Shown: positions 1 to 9,080 of the stretch, piece by piece
Layout: every line of letters begins with the position of its first letter
Position numbering within the stretch: the first letter of the stretch is position 1
NCBI GenBank assembly: GCA_965140585.1
Contig: OZ223264.1
Span: forward strand, 416,001 to 480,000
DNA: 64,000 nt
Origin: Spirochaetia bacterium
GTDB lineage: Bacteria > Spirochaetota > Spirochaetia > UBA9216
Reading direction: 5' to 3'
Notes under the pieces: model-generated
The model's input: the letters and a program-made list of their open reading frames with translations, nothing else
The model's database searches: none
What the model was told of the DNA's origin: nothing
Made by a program: the position numbers and the translations under genes

Positions 1-2
1 AA

Positions 3-1346
3 CCCGACCGCTATGCTTTTTCTCCTAACGGAGACGGTCTTGGGGATATCGTGACTGTTAAGTACAGATCAAATGAAGCAGTTACCTGGGAAGGAAGTAT
101 CATAGATATGACCGGACAGGTTGTCCTTGAAACCGACTATACACAGACTACCTCACTGGTTAAATGGGACGGCTCCGGGGCTGATGGAACCGAGGTTCCT
201 GACGGAGAATACCTTGTTCTCGGCGTCTTTACCGACCTTGCAGGCAATACAACCTACGCCGAACCCTTTACTTTAAAAATTGACCGCAGACCGGTTTATA
301 CAGTTCTTGAAGTTCCAAGCGGCTTTTCTCCGAACGGAGACGGCCTTGAAGATAAACTGAAAGTCGGAATTAAATCAGACCTGATGGTTGATGTACGTGA
401 ATGGAAGATGACAATAATCGATGATACCGGTGAATCTCTTGTTACCTACCGTGGTGAAGATACCCTGCCCAGAACTGTTGAATGGGATGGAATGGTAATG
501 CAGGAAGGCAATACTGCCCCGGCTCTCGACGGTGTATATCAGGCGGTGATATACATCGATTATGAAAAGGGTGATTTTGTAAAAGTTGATTCCGACATGT
601 TCGTTCTCGATATAAATCCTCCCAGGATTGATATGGTTGTAAAGGCTAATCCTTTTGCTAAAACAGATACCGGTGTTGAAGGTTCTGTTTTCATCTCTGT
701 AAAGGTTGAAGACGACCGTGATGTCAAAGGCTGGGAGATGGATGTTTATGATGAAAACGGACGGCTTTTAAGGACCTATGCCGGTAAGGGCAACCCTACA
801 GGCGATATAACCTGGAATGCCGCTGACGGAAGTGTTCCTATTTATGATTCAGGAAATTACACCCTGAAGCTGGTGGTTACCGATAACGGCGGAAATACAA
901 CAATGCTGAAGGAATCACTGCCTCTTGATGTTCTTCTTGTAAAGAAAGACGGAAAATACTTTGTAATGGTTCCGAATATAATCTTCGGTGCCTATAAATA
1001 CTCGCTTGATTCAGCAGGTCCTGCGAGGTACAAGGACAATATGGATTCACTCAAGAGAATCATTGAGCTCTCTGAAAGGTATCCGCAGTACGGGCTCATC
1101 CTTGATGCTCATGCGCTTAATATCTATCTCGGAGGTTCAAGAGAAGCCAAGGAAGAAGATATTCTTTATCCTCTGACCGAGAAGAGAGCCGAAGAGGTTA
1201 AAAAGGCGCTTATTGAACTTGGTCTTGATCCTGAAAGAATCGCCACAGAAGCCTTCGGCGGAAAATATCCGATGGTTTCAGTTACAGACCGTAACGTCAG
1301 ATGGAAAAACAGAAGAGTGGAATTTGCGGTTTCCGGGCTTGAGTAG
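3..1346 (+). CDS. FlgD-Ig/CHU_C-like repeat protein with C-terminal OmpA-like domain (5' partial)
   Basis: The frame is open from the window edge (PDRYAFSPNGDGLGD). Repeated FSPNGDG and WDG motifs; C-terminal RAEEVK...NRRVEF OmpA-like motif. Confidence 0.8.
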   Translation, partial: PDRYAFSPNGDGLGDIVTVKYRSNEAVTWEGSIIDMTGQVVLETDYTQTTSLVKWDGSGADGTEVPDGEYLVLGVFTDLAGNTTYAEPFTLKIDRRPVYTVLEVPSGFSPNGDGLEDKLKVGIKSDLMVDVREWKMTIIDDTGESLVTYRGEDTLPRTVEWDGMVMQEGNTAPALDGVYQAVIYIDYEKGDFVKVDSDMFVLDINPPRIDMVVKANPFAKTDTGVEGSVFISVKVEDDRDVKGWEMDVYDENGRLLRTYAGKGNPTGDITWNAADGSVPIYDSGNYTLKLVVTDNGGNTTMLKESLPLDVLLVKKDGKYFVMVPNIIFGAYKYSLDSAGPARYKDNMDSLKRIIELSERYPQYGLILDAHALNIYLGGSREAKEEDILYPLTEKRAEEVKKALIELGLDPERIATEAFGGKYPMVSVTDRNVRWKNRRVEFAVSGLE

Positions 1347-1368
1347 GAACTTAATTTAATTGATACTT

Positions 1369-1404
1369 AAACCGGTTTCGGGCTTTCCCGGAACCGGTTT
1401 TTTT
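1369..1404 (+). terminator. Intrinsic terminator
   Basis: AAACCGGTTTCGGG-cttt-CCCGGAACCGGTTT stem followed by a T run. Confidence 0.75.
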
Positions 1405-1416
1405 AACAGGTGAATA

Positions 1417-2304
1417 ATGGACAAAAAAATTGTGGGCGGAGCTCTTTCCGCCTTTTCAGCGTATCTTATGTGGGGCTTCCTGCCGCTTTACTGGAAGTTG
1501 TTCTATGATGTTCCGTCTTTTGTGATTATGAGTCACAGAATAGTCTGGGCTTTTGTTTTCTCATTTATGGCTCTTGCTGTTAGCGGGAGGCTTTCCGAGT
1601 TTAAGGCTGCCTTCAGTTCCGGCAGGAGGATTATGGTGATTGTTCTCAGAGGTATTCTGCTGGCGATCAACTGGACAATCTTTATCTGGGGAATAGGCCA
1701 CGGGCATGTACTTGAGTCCAGCCTCGGATATTATATTAATCCTCTTGTTAGTGTCTCTCTAGGGCTCATTTTTCTAAAAGAGCGGCTGAATACCCTCCAG
1801 AAAGTTGCCGTCGGTTTTGCAATCGCCGGAGTCGGTGTAAAAACTGTTCTTGTGGGGCAGTTTCCAGTAATTGCGGTATCACTCGCCCTGTCTTTCGGTC
1901 TCTACGGTCTGCTTAAAAAGCGTTCAAGCGAATCGGCTGTTACAGGTGTTGCTCTGGAATGCATGGTTATTTTCCCAATTGCACTTGCCTATATGATCTA
2001 CTCGGAAATTGCAGGGTTTGGAGGATTTATGCCTGCAGGTGTGGGGATGAAAATTCTCTATTCACTGGCTGGAGTAGTAACGGTTGTTCCGCTGGTTCTC
2101 TTTTCAGCGGGTTCAAAACGTATTCCGCTCTTCGGTATAGGATTTCTGCAGTTTATTGCACCTACACTTATGATGATTATCGGTCTGGTCTTATATGGAG
2201 AGGTGATGAAACCCTTTGATCTTGCCGGATTCGTCATTGTATGGATCGGTGTTGTAATTTTTATGTTTTCATTCAAAAGAGTTCCTGAAAAAAGAAATAA
2301 TTGA
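1417..2304 (+). CDS. rarD: EamA/DMT family transporter RarD
   Basis: AYLMWGFLPLYWK, ESSLGYYINPL and GFLQFIAPT motifs; about 10 TM segments. Confidence 0.88.
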   Translation: MDKKIVGGALSAFSAYLMWGFLPLYWKLFYDVPSFVIMSHRIVWAFVFSFMALAVSGRLSEFKAAFSSGRRIMVIVLRGILLAINWTIFIWGIGHGHVLESSLGYYINPLVSVSLGLIFLKERLNTLQKVAVGFAIAGVGVKTVLVGQFPVIAVSLALSFGLYGLLKKRSSESAVTGVALECMVIFPIALAYMIYSEIAGFGGFMPAGVGMKILYSLAGVVTVVPLVLFSAGSKRIPLFGIGFLQFIAPTLMMIIGLVLYGEVMKPFDLAGFVIVWIGVVIFMFSFKRVPEKRNN

Positions 2305-2326
2305 TATTGTATTATAAAGGAATTTG

Positions 2327-3004
2327 ATGACTACTGAGAAAGAATGTACTGTAAAAGCCGTTGTCTTTGATATGGATGGAATCCTGTTTGATTCTGAGCG
2401 GATAATTGCCGAATGCCTTATTTCAATTGCCGCAGAAGAAGGATGGACTGTTACCTGGGATACTGTTCATGAGTGTGTAGGTACAACAAGGCAGGAAACC
2501 GGCCGGATAATAAGAGAAGAAGTCGGAATGGACTTTCCTTACCAGCAGATTGCTGATAAGACCGAGGCAAAATTCAGAAAGCTTATGGCAACAGGAGGGC
2601 TGCCCCTTAAAGCCGGTGTACTCAGGCTATTTGACTGCCTGGACAGCCGCGGCATACCCTTCGGCCTGGCGACCTCAACAGAACGCAGCCTGGTCGAGGA
2701 AATGCTCCGGATTGCTGATCTCTATGGTAGGTTTCAGAGTATCGTCTGCGGTGATGAAATACCTAATAGTAAGCCTGACCCGGCAATTTATGAAAAATCA
2801 GCTGAAGTGCTGAAAGTGAAGCCTTCAGAGCTTCTGATATTTGAAGATTCTTCAATGGGCATCAGCTCCGGGGCGGCAGCAGGTTCCAGAGTAGTCTGGG
2901 TTCCCGATCTGCAGGAGGTTCCTACTCAGATCAAAGAGCTGTGTTTCAGTGAGGTAGGATCACTGGATGCCGTATGTGATCGTATAGAGGAGCTTTTGTG
3001 TTAA
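2327..3004 (+). CDS. HAD-superfamily phosphatase (beta-PGM/CbbY-like)
   Basis: FDMDGILFDSE motif I, ATS, KPDP and IFEDS motifs; SD AAGGA before ATG 2327. Confidence 0.88.
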   Translation: MTTEKECTVKAVVFDMDGILFDSERIIAECLISIAAEEGWTVTWDTVHECVGTTRQETGRIIREEVGMDFPYQQIADKTEAKFRKLMATGGLPLKAGVLRLFDCLDSRGIPFGLATSTERSLVEEMLRIADLYGRFQSIVCGDEIPNSKPDPAIYEKSAEVLKVKPSELLIFEDSSMGISSGAAAGSRVVWVPDLQEVPTQIKELCFSEVGSLDAVCDRIEELLC

Positions 3005-4398
3005 CTGACGATCATTACCGGTCCCCTTCAAAACCTAAAACCCCGCTTTTCCCGCGTGATGTAATATTCGGTGCAGCCACGTCAGCCTTTCAGATTGAGG
3101 GTGCTGTTGCTGAAGATGGACGCGGACCATCAGTATGGGATGTTTTTACCGATAAAAAGGGTCGTATCAAAGACGGCGACCGTGCAGACGACGCATCCTT
3201 TCACTACAGCCGCTATGTTGAAGATGTTTCAATTATGGGCCGGCTGGGGCTTGATGCATACCGGTTTTCGGTCTCATGGCCCCGTATTCTTCCTGAAGGA
3301 ACCGGTCCTGTAAATCAGAAAGGGCTTGATTTTTATGACAGGCTGACTGATGAGCTGTGCAAGGCCGGAATAAGACCATTTGCAACACTTTTTCACTGGG
3401 ATTATCCTGCCTTTTTATTCAAACAGACAGGCGGCTTTTTAAGCAGAAAATCAGCTCACTATTTTGCCGATTACGCTGAGATTGTAGTGAAAAAACTGGG
3501 CGACAGGGTGAAAGACTGGATTACCCTCAACGAACCCTGGATAAACACAATTTTCGGATATATGTTCGGATACCACGCTCCCGGTCTGCACAGGCCGCTT
3601 AAGTTTGGACGTGTTGTGCATAATCAGCTGCTTGCTCATGCCTATGCAATGGAGAGAATCAAGTCAGTGTCATCATCTGCCCGGGTCGGAATTACTCTGG
3701 ATCTTGCCCCGGTGCATCCTGCTAGCAGGCATTCCTGTGACAGGAACGCGGCTCATTTTGCTGATGAATTTTTCAACGGTCTCTTTCTGGATCCGCTGCT
3801 GAAAGGGCACTATCCGCAATCGGTACTGAAAAAAATCGGATTCACCTTCCCTGAAGTAAAAGCTTCTGATATGGATATGATTTCCCGCCCGATGAACTTC
3901 ATTGGAGTTAATAATTATTCCAGGTTCAAGGCACGCTTCGCACCTTGGGTACCGCTTCTGAATACCTGGATTGATCTGCGCCCTGTGCCATATCGTGAAT
4001 TTGCAAAGAACGACAAACAGTACACCTCAATGGGCTGGGAAGTATATCCGGAGTCTCTATACGAAAGTCTGATGATGCTAAAAGACCGCTATGGGAATAT
4101 TCCGGTATACATAACTGAAAACGGTGCCGCTTTTACTGATACCTTGGCAGATTACCGAGTCAGGGATCGGCAGCGTATTGATTTTCTAAGCGATTACACC
4201 GCTCAGGCGGCAAGGGCTGCTGAGGAGGGCTGTGATTTGCGCGGATACTTTGTATGGTCGCTGCTTGATAACTATGAGTGGGCCGAAGGGTTTCGCAAAA
4301 GGTTCGGGATTGTTCACGTTGACTATAAGACCGGCCGGCGGACCATCAAGGACAGCGGATACTGGTACCGCGACCTCATTACTGCCAACCGGCGCTGA
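2998..4398 (+). CDS. Glycoside hydrolase family 1 beta-glucosidase
   Basis: FGAATSAFQIEG, TLNEP (acid/base), YITENG (nucleophile) and WSLLDNYEW motifs. Confidence 0.95.
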   Translation: MLTDDHYRSPSKPKTPLFPRDVIFGAATSAFQIEGAVAEDGRGPSVWDVFTDKKGRIKDGDRADDASFHYSRYVEDVSIMGRLGLDAYRFSVSWPRILPEGTGPVNQKGLDFYDRLTDELCKAGIRPFATLFHWDYPAFLFKQTGGFLSRKSAHYFADYAEIVVKKLGDRVKDWITLNEPWINTIFGYMFGYHAPGLHRPLKFGRVVHNQLLAHAYAMERIKSVSSSARVGITLDLAPVHPASRHSCDRNAAHFADEFFNGLFLDPLLKGHYPQSVLKKIGFTFPEVKASDMDMISRPMNFIGVNNYSRFKARFAPWVPLLNTWIDLRPVPYREFAKNDKQYTSMGWEVYPESLYESLMMLKDRYGNIPVYITENGAAFTDTLADYRVRDRQRIDFLSDYTAQAARAAEEGCDLRGYFVWSLLDNYEWAEGFRKRFGIVHVDYKTGRRTIKDSGYWYRDLITANRR

Positions 4399-4405
4399 AG
4401 CCTTC

Positions 4406-5695
4406 CTATATTAACGAAAGAAATATCTCCGCCGGAATGTATTCAGGAAACAGGTTTCCCGGTGTTTTGAAATTATTCAGAACAAGAGCATATTCGTAGG
4501 GTGTGAATTTTTCCTTCTCTCGCTCTGTAATAAAAAGACTTATTGCATTACCTATCTTTGTAAAAAACGATTCCGATTCCCCGTCTGTCGGCTTGCTGAC
4601 GCTCTGTTTTATTTCGGCATATTTAGCTTTGATGGTCTCAATCAGTTCCTTGAACGTATAGAGTCTGTTTCTCTCAATATCAAGCGATGCCGCAGCCGCG
4701 TCGATCAGGCAGTATATAAGATCCTTGTGAAATTTCTGTTCCGGCGGAAGGGTATTGCGGATAAGTATTTCGATGTTTTTTTCGCTGATTTTTTTTGTTT
4801 CATAATCCAGCAGATGTGAGTATTTCTGAACATTCTCCATGTCGAACAGTTTTCTGGTAAGATTTTCTTCAAGGTGACGATCAGGCTTAAAGAAGTAATT
4901 TATACCTTTGACTTTATCAAATACCTTAAGGGTATCCAGGTAGCCGATGTTTATATTTCTTTCAGCGGAATTGGGATCGAAGTCCAGTATTCCTCCCAGG
5001 TCCATGGAGTTTTTAATGTAGATTGTATCAGTGCCTGCAATGTCAGGTCTCCTGTTTACTCCGAGACCGGAGATGTCCACGACAATGATTTTTTTGTATC
5101 CTCGGTGCTTCATCATACGGTGCGGTATGTTATCCCAGATACCGCCGTCGGCGTATTTTTTACCATTGATCTCGGCGTTTTTGAAAACCGCTGGAATTGA
5201 TGCGCTTGCAAGCAGGTAGTCGGGCAGGGTTCCCGGCTCCATTGCATCGAGAAATATCTCTTTTGAAGAAAGGCTGTTGACCTCAACCGTGACTATGCCT
5301 AGGTCTCTGCCTGATTTTCTGATGTCGTCTTCTCTGATGGTTTCTTTTAGCATCCTGTAAAGCGGGGCTGTATCAAGTCCGAGGTTGCGGATATCCAGAT
5401 TGAGGTCCGATATTCGATTGAATGCTTTGAATGAGAATTTGAGTTTGCCGTTTTTAAGCATTCCCTCAGGTACTCTGATTATCCGTTCAAGGGTCATCTC
5501 TGTCCAGAGTTTTATTCCCAGCTCATATTCGTCCTGGGCTATTATTGCTGCATTGAGTGCTCCGACTGATGTCCCTGCAACTGCGTTTACTTCTATCTTA
5601 AGTTCTTTCAGAGCCTTCCATGCTCCAATTTCATATGCCCCTCTCGCGCCGCCGCCGGCAAGGACTAAACTGTATTCTGTTTTTTTATCAAACAT
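4406..5695 (-). CDS. Patatin-like phospholipase
   Basis: GGGARG, GTSVG and DGG motifs. Confidence 0.92.
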   Translation of the reverse strand: MFDKKTEYSLVLAGGGARGAYEIGAWKALKELKIEVNAVAGTSVGALNAAIIAQDEYELGIKLWTEMTLERIIRVPEGMLKNGKLKFSFKAFNRISDLNLDIRNLGLDTAPLYRMLKETIREDDIRKSGRDLGIVTVEVNSLSSKEIFLDAMEPGTLPDYLLASASIPAVFKNAEINGKKYADGGIWDNIPHRMMKHRGYKKIIVVDISGLGVNRRPDIAGTDTIYIKNSMDLGGILDFDPNSAERNINIGYLDTLKVFDKVKGINYFFKPDRHLEENLTRKLFDMENVQKYSHLLDYETKKISEKNIEILIRNTLPPEQKFHKDLIYCLIDAAAASLDIERNRLYTFKELIETIKAKYAEIKQSVSKPTDGESESFFTKIGNAISLFITEREKEKFTPYEYALVLNNFKTPGNLFPEYIPAEIFLSLI

Positions 5696-5712
5696 AGGCC
5701 ACCTTTTACAAA

Positions 5713-5742
5713 AATATAGGCTCCTGTGAAAGGATTGTCAAT
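5713..5742 (-). promoter_or_regulatory. Sigma-70-type promoter of the patatin gene
   Basis: Minus strand TTGACA-N17-TATATT. Confidence 0.6.
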
Positions 5743-5775
5743 CAAAGAAATTTGTTCGGCCGCCGGGTTGAGTTT

Positions 5776-5813
5776 TGGCCACGGATGTGTATAGGGTTTG
5801 CGCACAGCAGCGA
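5776..5813 (+). repeat. Left copy of a 38-bp imperfect inverted repeat (partner at 18540-18577)
   Basis: TGGCCACGGATGTGTATA is an exact 18-bp match to the reverse complement of 18560-18577; 33/38 identity over the full length. Confidence 0.85.
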
Positions 5814-5860
5814 ACTTGTATAGGGCTTGGGCAGGGCGGTGATTAGTGGGAGTAAGAAAG

Positions 5861-5986
5861 GCCTCCTTCAGTCCTTATATTTTACATCCCGTTTACAGGA
5901 ATTCAAGGGCAAGGTGAAAACGGCTTTGCCGTTCCCTTGAGTTCCTGTAAAGCGGGCCTGTGGTATAACTGAAAATTTCAGGAGGT
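5861..5986 (+). promoter_or_regulatory. Long imperfect hairpin enclosing the -35/-10/SD of the GxxExxY gene (Frpo-like ssDNA-promoter candidate)
   Basis: 5892-5909 pairs with 5934-5951 (18 bp, one G-T); CCCG/CGGG; TTATA/TATAA; TCAG/CTGA; GCCTCCT/AGGAGGT; inner AACGGC-ttt-GCCGTT hairpin. Confidence 0.65.
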
Positions 5987-5992
5987 ACGCAA

Positions 5993-6355
5993 ATGCTGTA
6001 CAAAGAATTAAGTTATCAAGTCATCGGCGGCTGCATGGCAGTTCACAAGGGTCTGGGGCCTGGGCTGCTTGAGCAGTGTTATCACAATGCATTGTTTTAT
6101 GAGCTCCGGGCTGCAGGCTTGGGTGTCGGGTATCATGTACCGTTTAATGTTCATTACCGTGGGCAGGTTGTGGGGGAGTATTTTGCAGACCTGGTTGTAA
6201 ATAATACTATTATTCTTGAATTAAAATCAGTAAAGGCAATTAATGACAGCCACAAGGCACAGTTAATTAACTATCTGCATATTAGCGACTGTCGTGTGGG
6301 TTACCTGCTTAACTTTCAGGGCTTGCAGCTTGAATGGCAGCGCCTGGTTATTTAG
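5993..6355 (+). CDS. GxxExxY protein (PD-(D/E)XK-like, PDDEXK_3)
   Basis: GPGLLEQCY, ADLVV...ELKSV and QLINYL motifs; strong SD. Confidence 0.92.
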   Translation: MLYKELSYQVIGGCMAVHKGLGPGLLEQCYHNALFYELRAAGLGVGYHVPFNVHYRGQVVGEYFADLVVNNTIILELKSVKAINDSHKAQLINYLHISDCRVGYLLNFQGLQLEWQRLVI

Positions 6356-6663
6356 AATCCGGTGAATAGAAGGTCAATCGCGGAAGTTACCTCGGTTCTG
6401 AGATGTGAGAGATTGATAATACAGTCACCTAAATAATGGATGGGAATGGCGGCCATTTCTGAAATGAAGGCAATATACGGCTGATTATTTATTTCAATTT
6501 CTATATGAATTTTGCTGATGTATTGACTTTTAGTATTTACGGCTTTTCGTAGAGGAGCAACGATACGTGTTGCAAGTTCGGAGATTTCATCCGCTTGCAG
6601 GATTATTAGATATTCTACATCTTTGGTATTGTTCTTATTAATAACTATATCAAATTGCCCCAT
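6352..6663 (-). CDS. ccdB: CcdB family toxin
   Basis: MxQFD start, LATRIVAPL and C-terminal AIDLLFTGF; lies downstream of ccdA with a 1-nt overlap. Confidence 0.8.
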   Translation of the reverse strand: MGQFDIVINKNNTKDVEYLIILQADEISELATRIVAPLRKAVNTKSQYISKIHIEIEINNQPYIAFISEMAAIPIHYLGDCIINLSHLRTEVTSAIDLLFTGF

Positions 6664-6881
6664 TAAAATGGTCTCATCCCGTCGCTGAATACACCATTTT
6701 TGTTTATCTGTTCATTGTATGCTTCTATGCTTTGACGGTTTTCTTCTTCCCATTCCTTTTTTTTGATTTTTGAAAGCTCCTTTTTTAAAGCCTCTTCAAG
6801 TATTTGAGAAAGAACAAGATTGTGCGCCTTTGCCGCCTCAAATATCTCATTCTGTATTGTAACGTTTGTTCTAGTTTTCAT
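6663..6881 (-). CDS. ccdA: CcdA family antitoxin
   Basis: KTRTNVTI ribbon-helix-helix start; WEEENRQSIEAYNE...GVFSDGMRPF is the typical CcdA C-terminus. Confidence 0.88.
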   Translation of the reverse strand: MKTRTNVTIQNEIFEAAKAHNLVLSQILEEALKKELSKIKKKEWEEENRQSIEAYNEQINKNGVFSDGMRPF

Positions 6882-6916
6882 GTGTATATAATAACACATT
6901 ATATGTGTGCATGCAA
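6882..6916 (-). promoter_or_regulatory. ccdAB promoter with palindromic operator
   Basis: Minus strand TTGCAT-N17-TATTAT-6 nt-ATG; ACACAT-tat-ATGTGT palindrome (6894-6908) in the spacer. Confidence 0.6.
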
Positions 6917-7061
6917 TTCCGGGGAAAAGATATGCTGCATGATCCTGCAGCTGAATTCATTAAAGGACCTTATGAAGGAGCACATGTACTGATAATGATA
7001 ACATCATCGACCCGATCGTTCGGATGAAAATTGAGTTATATTTATGAAAAATTGAGAACTT

Positions 7062-7805
7062 TTACTTCTGAGTATATTTACAATTGGGATAGTTAGAACA
7101 TCCATAAAATCTACCATATTTCCCATTTCGCTTAATTAAACGGCCACCACATCTGGGGCAGATGAGTAGTTGTTTCTTCTTTTCTCGGATATACAAGGTG
7201 TTATTAACGTTATAGATATGCTCAACATCTGCATGTTTTTCATGGATTCTGGCTTGATTGATTCGATTTACTACTTTCTCAAGATTATCAATACATATAT
7301 CATGTTGTTTACTTATAGATTTTATAACTGTTTCCAGTTGATGTTTGTATATGACAGGTGTTGCTGTAGTAACATTCTTTAATTCACCACTACCTACAAA
7401 GACTACGATAGGAAAAAAGGTAATGCCTTTAAAATCGCTTAGAACCTCTTTTAAGGCGTAGATGTGTGCCCAGTTCTGTTTGACAGGGTTAACTAACTGA
7501 TATTTACTCTTGTAGAAAGTTTGAGTCCAGTGCTCTGAGTTTTCATGACCATGAATCCAACCTCTATAATTTTTGGTTTCAATAACAAAAATGCCATATT
7601 TTGAGACTACTACATGGTCAATTTGGCTACTTCCTCTGCTTGTTTGAATAAGAACATCGTTTAGAATTGTATATTCATTCTGATTGAGTTTATACAGTTG
7701 GCTTGCTACTTGTGATTCCCCAGCCTTGCCTTTATAGTCAGCACTTTTAAATAGAAATGGAATAATCAGAATAATTAATAAAATGATTGCAATTAAGAAG
7801 ATCAC
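7062..7805 (-). CDS. NERD nuclease-related domain protein with N-terminal TM and C-terminal topoisomerase C4 zinc finger
   Basis: GKAGE, QIDHVVVSKYGIFVIETKN and NPVKQN motifs; CPRCG...RNGKYGRFYGCSNYPNC. Confidence 0.9.
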   Translation of the reverse strand: MIFLIAIILLIILIIPFLFKSADYKGKAGESQVASQLYKLNQNEYTILNDVLIQTSRGSSQIDHVVVSKYGIFVIETKNYRGWIHGHENSEHWTQTFYKSKYQLVNPVKQNWAHIYALKEVLSDFKGITFFPIVVFVGSGELKNVTTATPVIYKHQLETVIKSISKQHDICIDNLEKVVNRINQARIHEKHADVEHIYNVNNTLYIREKKKQLLICPRCGGRLIKRNGKYGRFYGCSNYPNCKYTQK

Positions 7806-8076
7806 CCAAATATTACCTCATTAAGTCTTTGGTAAACATTTTTAAAATTTCTTACCATATCTTAAATGTATCATTCGTAGTGTATGCAAGCAATTTTATC
7901 TGAAAAGAAAATAATAACGAATTATTGTTCTGAGATGAGATCAGATTAGATACCCGATTTCGGTGTGAAGTAGCTTATGAATTGGGACAGGTGACTCAGT
8001 TGAAAATGTTGATGTGAAGTTAATTTATTTGTGGTATTGTTTCATTATAAAAGTTATTTAAAAAGTGGAGATTAAC

Positions 8077-8961
8077 GTGAAAAAGTTGTTGCTTTTTGTT
8101 GTTTTTATATTTATGTCTACGATTTTTATTAACGCTCATCCATATACTAACCAATTAGAACAGGGGCAGCATAGAGGGAGCTTTTGGTTTCAGGCCATAC
8201 AGGGATATGAAGGTTATGTAGATCCGATTTTGTCATATTCTGAATCAGAATATATACTCGAGGGATATTCTTTACAGTCATTCTCCGCTTCATTCAATAC
8301 AGGATTCGCGGGTTCTTATATTTTCTACGAATATGGAATATATAATTTTCTTTCAGCAGGAATTAAGCTATCATTAGTAGATTTTATTGTACATGGATTA
8401 ACTGAGGATGTATGGTCGTTTGATGGCTCTGCGTTTATAAACATAAGTATTTTCCCGGATATTTACATACTCTTTTTTGATGAACCAAATTTTGACTTTT
8501 TTAATGTTTCGATGCAGGTAGAAGCTAATCGTGCACCTCTTTTTACCGATCAGAATTATAACTTTTATGGATATGGACTTTATAATATTTATTCTACTTT
8601 ATCGCTGGGGATAGATTTAATTAATACCTCAGATTTTTATATCTCAACCTGTTTTGATTTTAAACATATTTTATGTATTGCTGATGAGAATTATGGCGGG
8701 TATCTGTCCTTTGAAAGTGTGTTTGGAGAATATGATTCAGATTTGATTTATGAATATACAAATGGCAATAGATTTGCTTTTTGTCCCGGTATAGAGCTTG
8801 GTTGGAAGCATTTTTCAATGTTTGCTGGGTTTAATTTTAAATTATATGATGATTCTAAATATTCTGTACGTAATTATTTAAGTCAGGCGAATATTTCTGA
8901 ATATTTTACTTCTTCAAATGATATCACACAATTTGAATTGGAATATGTTTGGACGTTCTGA
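8077..8961 (+). CDS. Hypothetical exported protein, possible outer-membrane beta-barrel
   Basis: Signal-peptide-like start (GTG after GGAG), aromatic-rich sequence, C-terminal ELEYVWTF; very AT-rich DNA. Confidence 0.6.
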   Translation: MKKLLLFVVFIFMSTIFINAHPYTNQLEQGQHRGSFWFQAIQGYEGYVDPILSYSESEYILEGYSLQSFSASFNTGFAGSYIFYEYGIYNFLSAGIKLSLVDFIVHGLTEDVWSFDGSAFINISIFPDIYILFFDEPNFDFFNVSMQVEANRAPLFTDQNYNFYGYGLYNIYSTLSLGIDLINTSDFYISTCFDFKHILCIADENYGGYLSFESVFGEYDSDLIYEYTNGNRFAFCPGIELGWKHFSMFAGFNFKLYDDSKYSVRNYLSQANISEYFTSSNDITQFELEYVWTF

Positions 8962-9080
8962 TTTGTTCTGAGCTAAATGATTAAGGAATCATCCATACCA
9001 ATTCAATATAATTAGTAATGAATTCTGTTATCTTCTAATATCGTGATATAATCATGGGTAAAAAAGTAAGGATGTCTATT

